Assembly: GCA_036336835.1 (NCBI GenBank)
Contig: JAYZFK010000017.1
Coordinates: forward strand, 1-48,506
Direction: 5' to 3'
Length of the DNA: 48,506 bases
DNA from: Myxococcota bacterium
GTDB taxonomy: Bacteria > Myxococcota_A > UBA9160 > UBA4427
The notes below the pieces were generated by a model. That model was given only the letters and a program-made list of their open reading frames with translations, searched no databases and was not told where the DNA came from. Numbering within the stretch: position 1 is the stretch's first letter; each line of letters opens with the position of its first letter. This document shows, in pieces, positions 47,212 through 48,506 of the stretch. The translations under genes and the position numbers were made by a program.

Positions 47212-48183
47212 ATGAGCCCGGCCGAGCTCGGAGCGACGATCGCGAGCGCCTCCGGTGTGCTGTTTGCGGCACTCGGGCTCTACCTGGTGCTCGAGCTCTT
47301 GCTGCTGCACTTCCGGCACCGCAGGCTTCGGCTGCGCGAGGCGCGCGCAAGTGGGCTGGGCGTCCTCTCGGGCATCGTGGCCAGCGCGGCCGTAACACTG
47401 GCCTTCGGCACGCTGACCGTCGGGGTTGCGGCGGTGGCGGGAGCCTCGCTGAGCCCGATCGAGGGCGGGCTTTCCTGGCCCTGGTGGGTCTACGGCTGGA
47501 TCGTCTACGAGTTCTGGTACTGGGTTCAGCACTGGGCGGCTCACAAGGTGCGGCTGCTCTGGTGCATCCACGCGCCGCACCACGCTCCGGGCTCGATCCA
47601 CATGCTGGTCGGGACGAACCGCCACTTCCTCGAGCTCGTCTTCTACTTCCCGCTCTTCTTCGGCTTCGTGCCGGCGCTGATGGGCGTGCATCCGCTCGTC
47701 TGCGTCGGGCTCAACCTGGTGGACGGAATCTGGGGCAGCTTCCTCCACATCAGTGACGAGCTGGTTCCGCGCGGGCGCTACGGGCCGCTCGAACGCTTCC
47801 TGCAGACTCCCTCGTACCACCGCGTCCACCACGCCAAGAACGCCCGCTACATGGACACGAACTACAACTCGATCACGCTGCTGTGGGACTGGCTGCTGGG
47901 CACTCTCCAGCCGCTGCGCGACGACGACCCGGTTCGCTACGGCATCACGCGAGAGCTCGACACGGGCAGCTTCTGGGATCTCCACTTCGGCGAGTTCCGC
48001 GCGCTGGGGCGCGACCTGCGCACCGCGCGAGGCGTCGGGGATCGCCTGGCGGTTCTGCTGATGCCGCCCGGCTGGTCACCCGACGGCAGCGGTCGCACCG
48101 TCGCGGACGCCAAGCGCGAGCTCGCGGCGAGCGAGGCCGGCTATAGCAGCAGGAACGCCACGAAGGCCGCAACCAGGCCGTAG
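47212..48183 (+). CDS. Sterol desaturase / fatty-acid hydroxylase family (alkylglycerol monooxygenase-like)
   Basis: His boxes YWVQHWAAH, HAPHH, SFLH, PSYHRVHH, YMDTNY, WDWLLGT, YGIT. Confidence 0.9.
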   Translation: MSPAELGATIASASGVLFAALGLYLVLELLLLHFRHRRLRLREARASGLGVLSGIVASAAVTLAFGTLTVGVAAVAGASLSPIEGGLSWPWWVYGWIVYEFWYWVQHWAAHKVRLLWCIHAPHHAPGSIHMLVGTNRHFLELVFYFPLFFGFVPALMGVHPLVCVGLNLVDGIWGSFLHISDELVPRGRYGPLERFLQTPSYHRVHHAKNARYMDTNYNSITLLWDWLLGTLQPLRDDDPVRYGITRELDTGSFWDLHFGEFRALGRDLRTARGVGDRLAVLLMPPGWSPDGSGRTVADAKRELAASEAGYSSRNATKAATRP

Positions 48184-48506
48184 CTGCCGTTGCGGCGAAC
48201 GAAGTTCTTCGGGATCCGGGCGAGCGCTTCGAGGCCGGTCAGGTCGTGGTAGGTGTGCCAGATCACCGGGAACTCGATGCTGCTCGCGAACACGGCGAAG
48301 CCGAAGGCGCTGCTCACCAGCGCGACCTGTCCCACGCTCGACAGAGGGAGGCCGAGGAGCAGCACCAGGACGACGAGCCAGTGCGCGACGTTTCCGCCGA
48401 TGCTCATGCCCTGGAACTGATGCTGCGTATTGCCTGGATAGTCGAAGTCGAACAGGGGCAAGAAGCCCGTCGCGGGACGCAGCGGTGCGCGGGCGCCGGT
48501 CCACCG
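48141..48506 (-). CDS. Hypothetical membrane protein, 5' end beyond the window
   Basis: Frame stays open to the window edge (RWTGARAPLRPATGFLPLFDFDYPG...), with hydrophobic segments. Confidence 0.55.
   Translation of the reverse strand, partial: RWTGARAPLRPATGFLPLFDFDYPGNTQHQFQGMSIGGNVAHWLVVLVLLLGLPLSSVGQVALVSSAFGFAVFASSIEFPVIWHTYHDLTGLEALARIPKNFVRRNGSYGLVAAFVAFLLL

Noticed and set aside
48141..48183. 43-bp convergent overlap of the last two genes
   Set aside because: Short 3' overlaps are common in GC-rich genomes, and one gene is truncated by the window edge.

Overview
GC-rich bacterial window, probably Myxococcota/deltaproteobacteria-like (inferred from the dif-like chemosensory cluster and gene content). 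Left end: an ISCR/IS91-family rolling-circle element with a recognisable oriIS, sitting just beyond the 3' end of tRNA-Phe(GAA). Next is a housekeeping block (cyclophilin, ggt, M16 protease, hemW, idh, hrcA-grpE-dnaK-dnaJ, LpoA-like lipoprotein, lon, thiL), then a Dif-like MCP-cheW-cheY-cheA-cheC cluster, larB-larC, an esterase and a REC-PilZ protein. An envelope-modification trio follows (membrane/spermidine-synthase fusion, GT-C glycosyltransferase, Thr-type sulfatase-like lipoprotein). The last ~13 kb is a catabolic/redox region: VOC, 2-hydroxyacyl-CoA lyase-like ThDP enzyme, ADC-family, GPH transporter, Tat TIM barrel, DapA-like, amidohydrolase, CMD, two SDRs, sterol-desaturase family. Signals the ORF track misses: (1) a UGSC selenoprotein split at an in-frame UGA with a SECIS hairpin, in a three-gene unit of unknown function with a Cys-rich TDGLP protein and a small NifU-like CxxC protein; (2) an A8 run in cheA right after the Hpt domain, with an upstream SD-like GGAG and immediate stops in both shifted frames, a candidate recoding site giving a stand-alone Hpt; (3) a DapA-fold protein lacking its catalytic Lys and Tyr; (4) matching sigma28-like promoters before lon and the MCP, plus many apparently leaderless genes; (5) a ~50-bp relic of a serine hydrolase gene. 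All calls come from reading motifs by eye; no searches were run.
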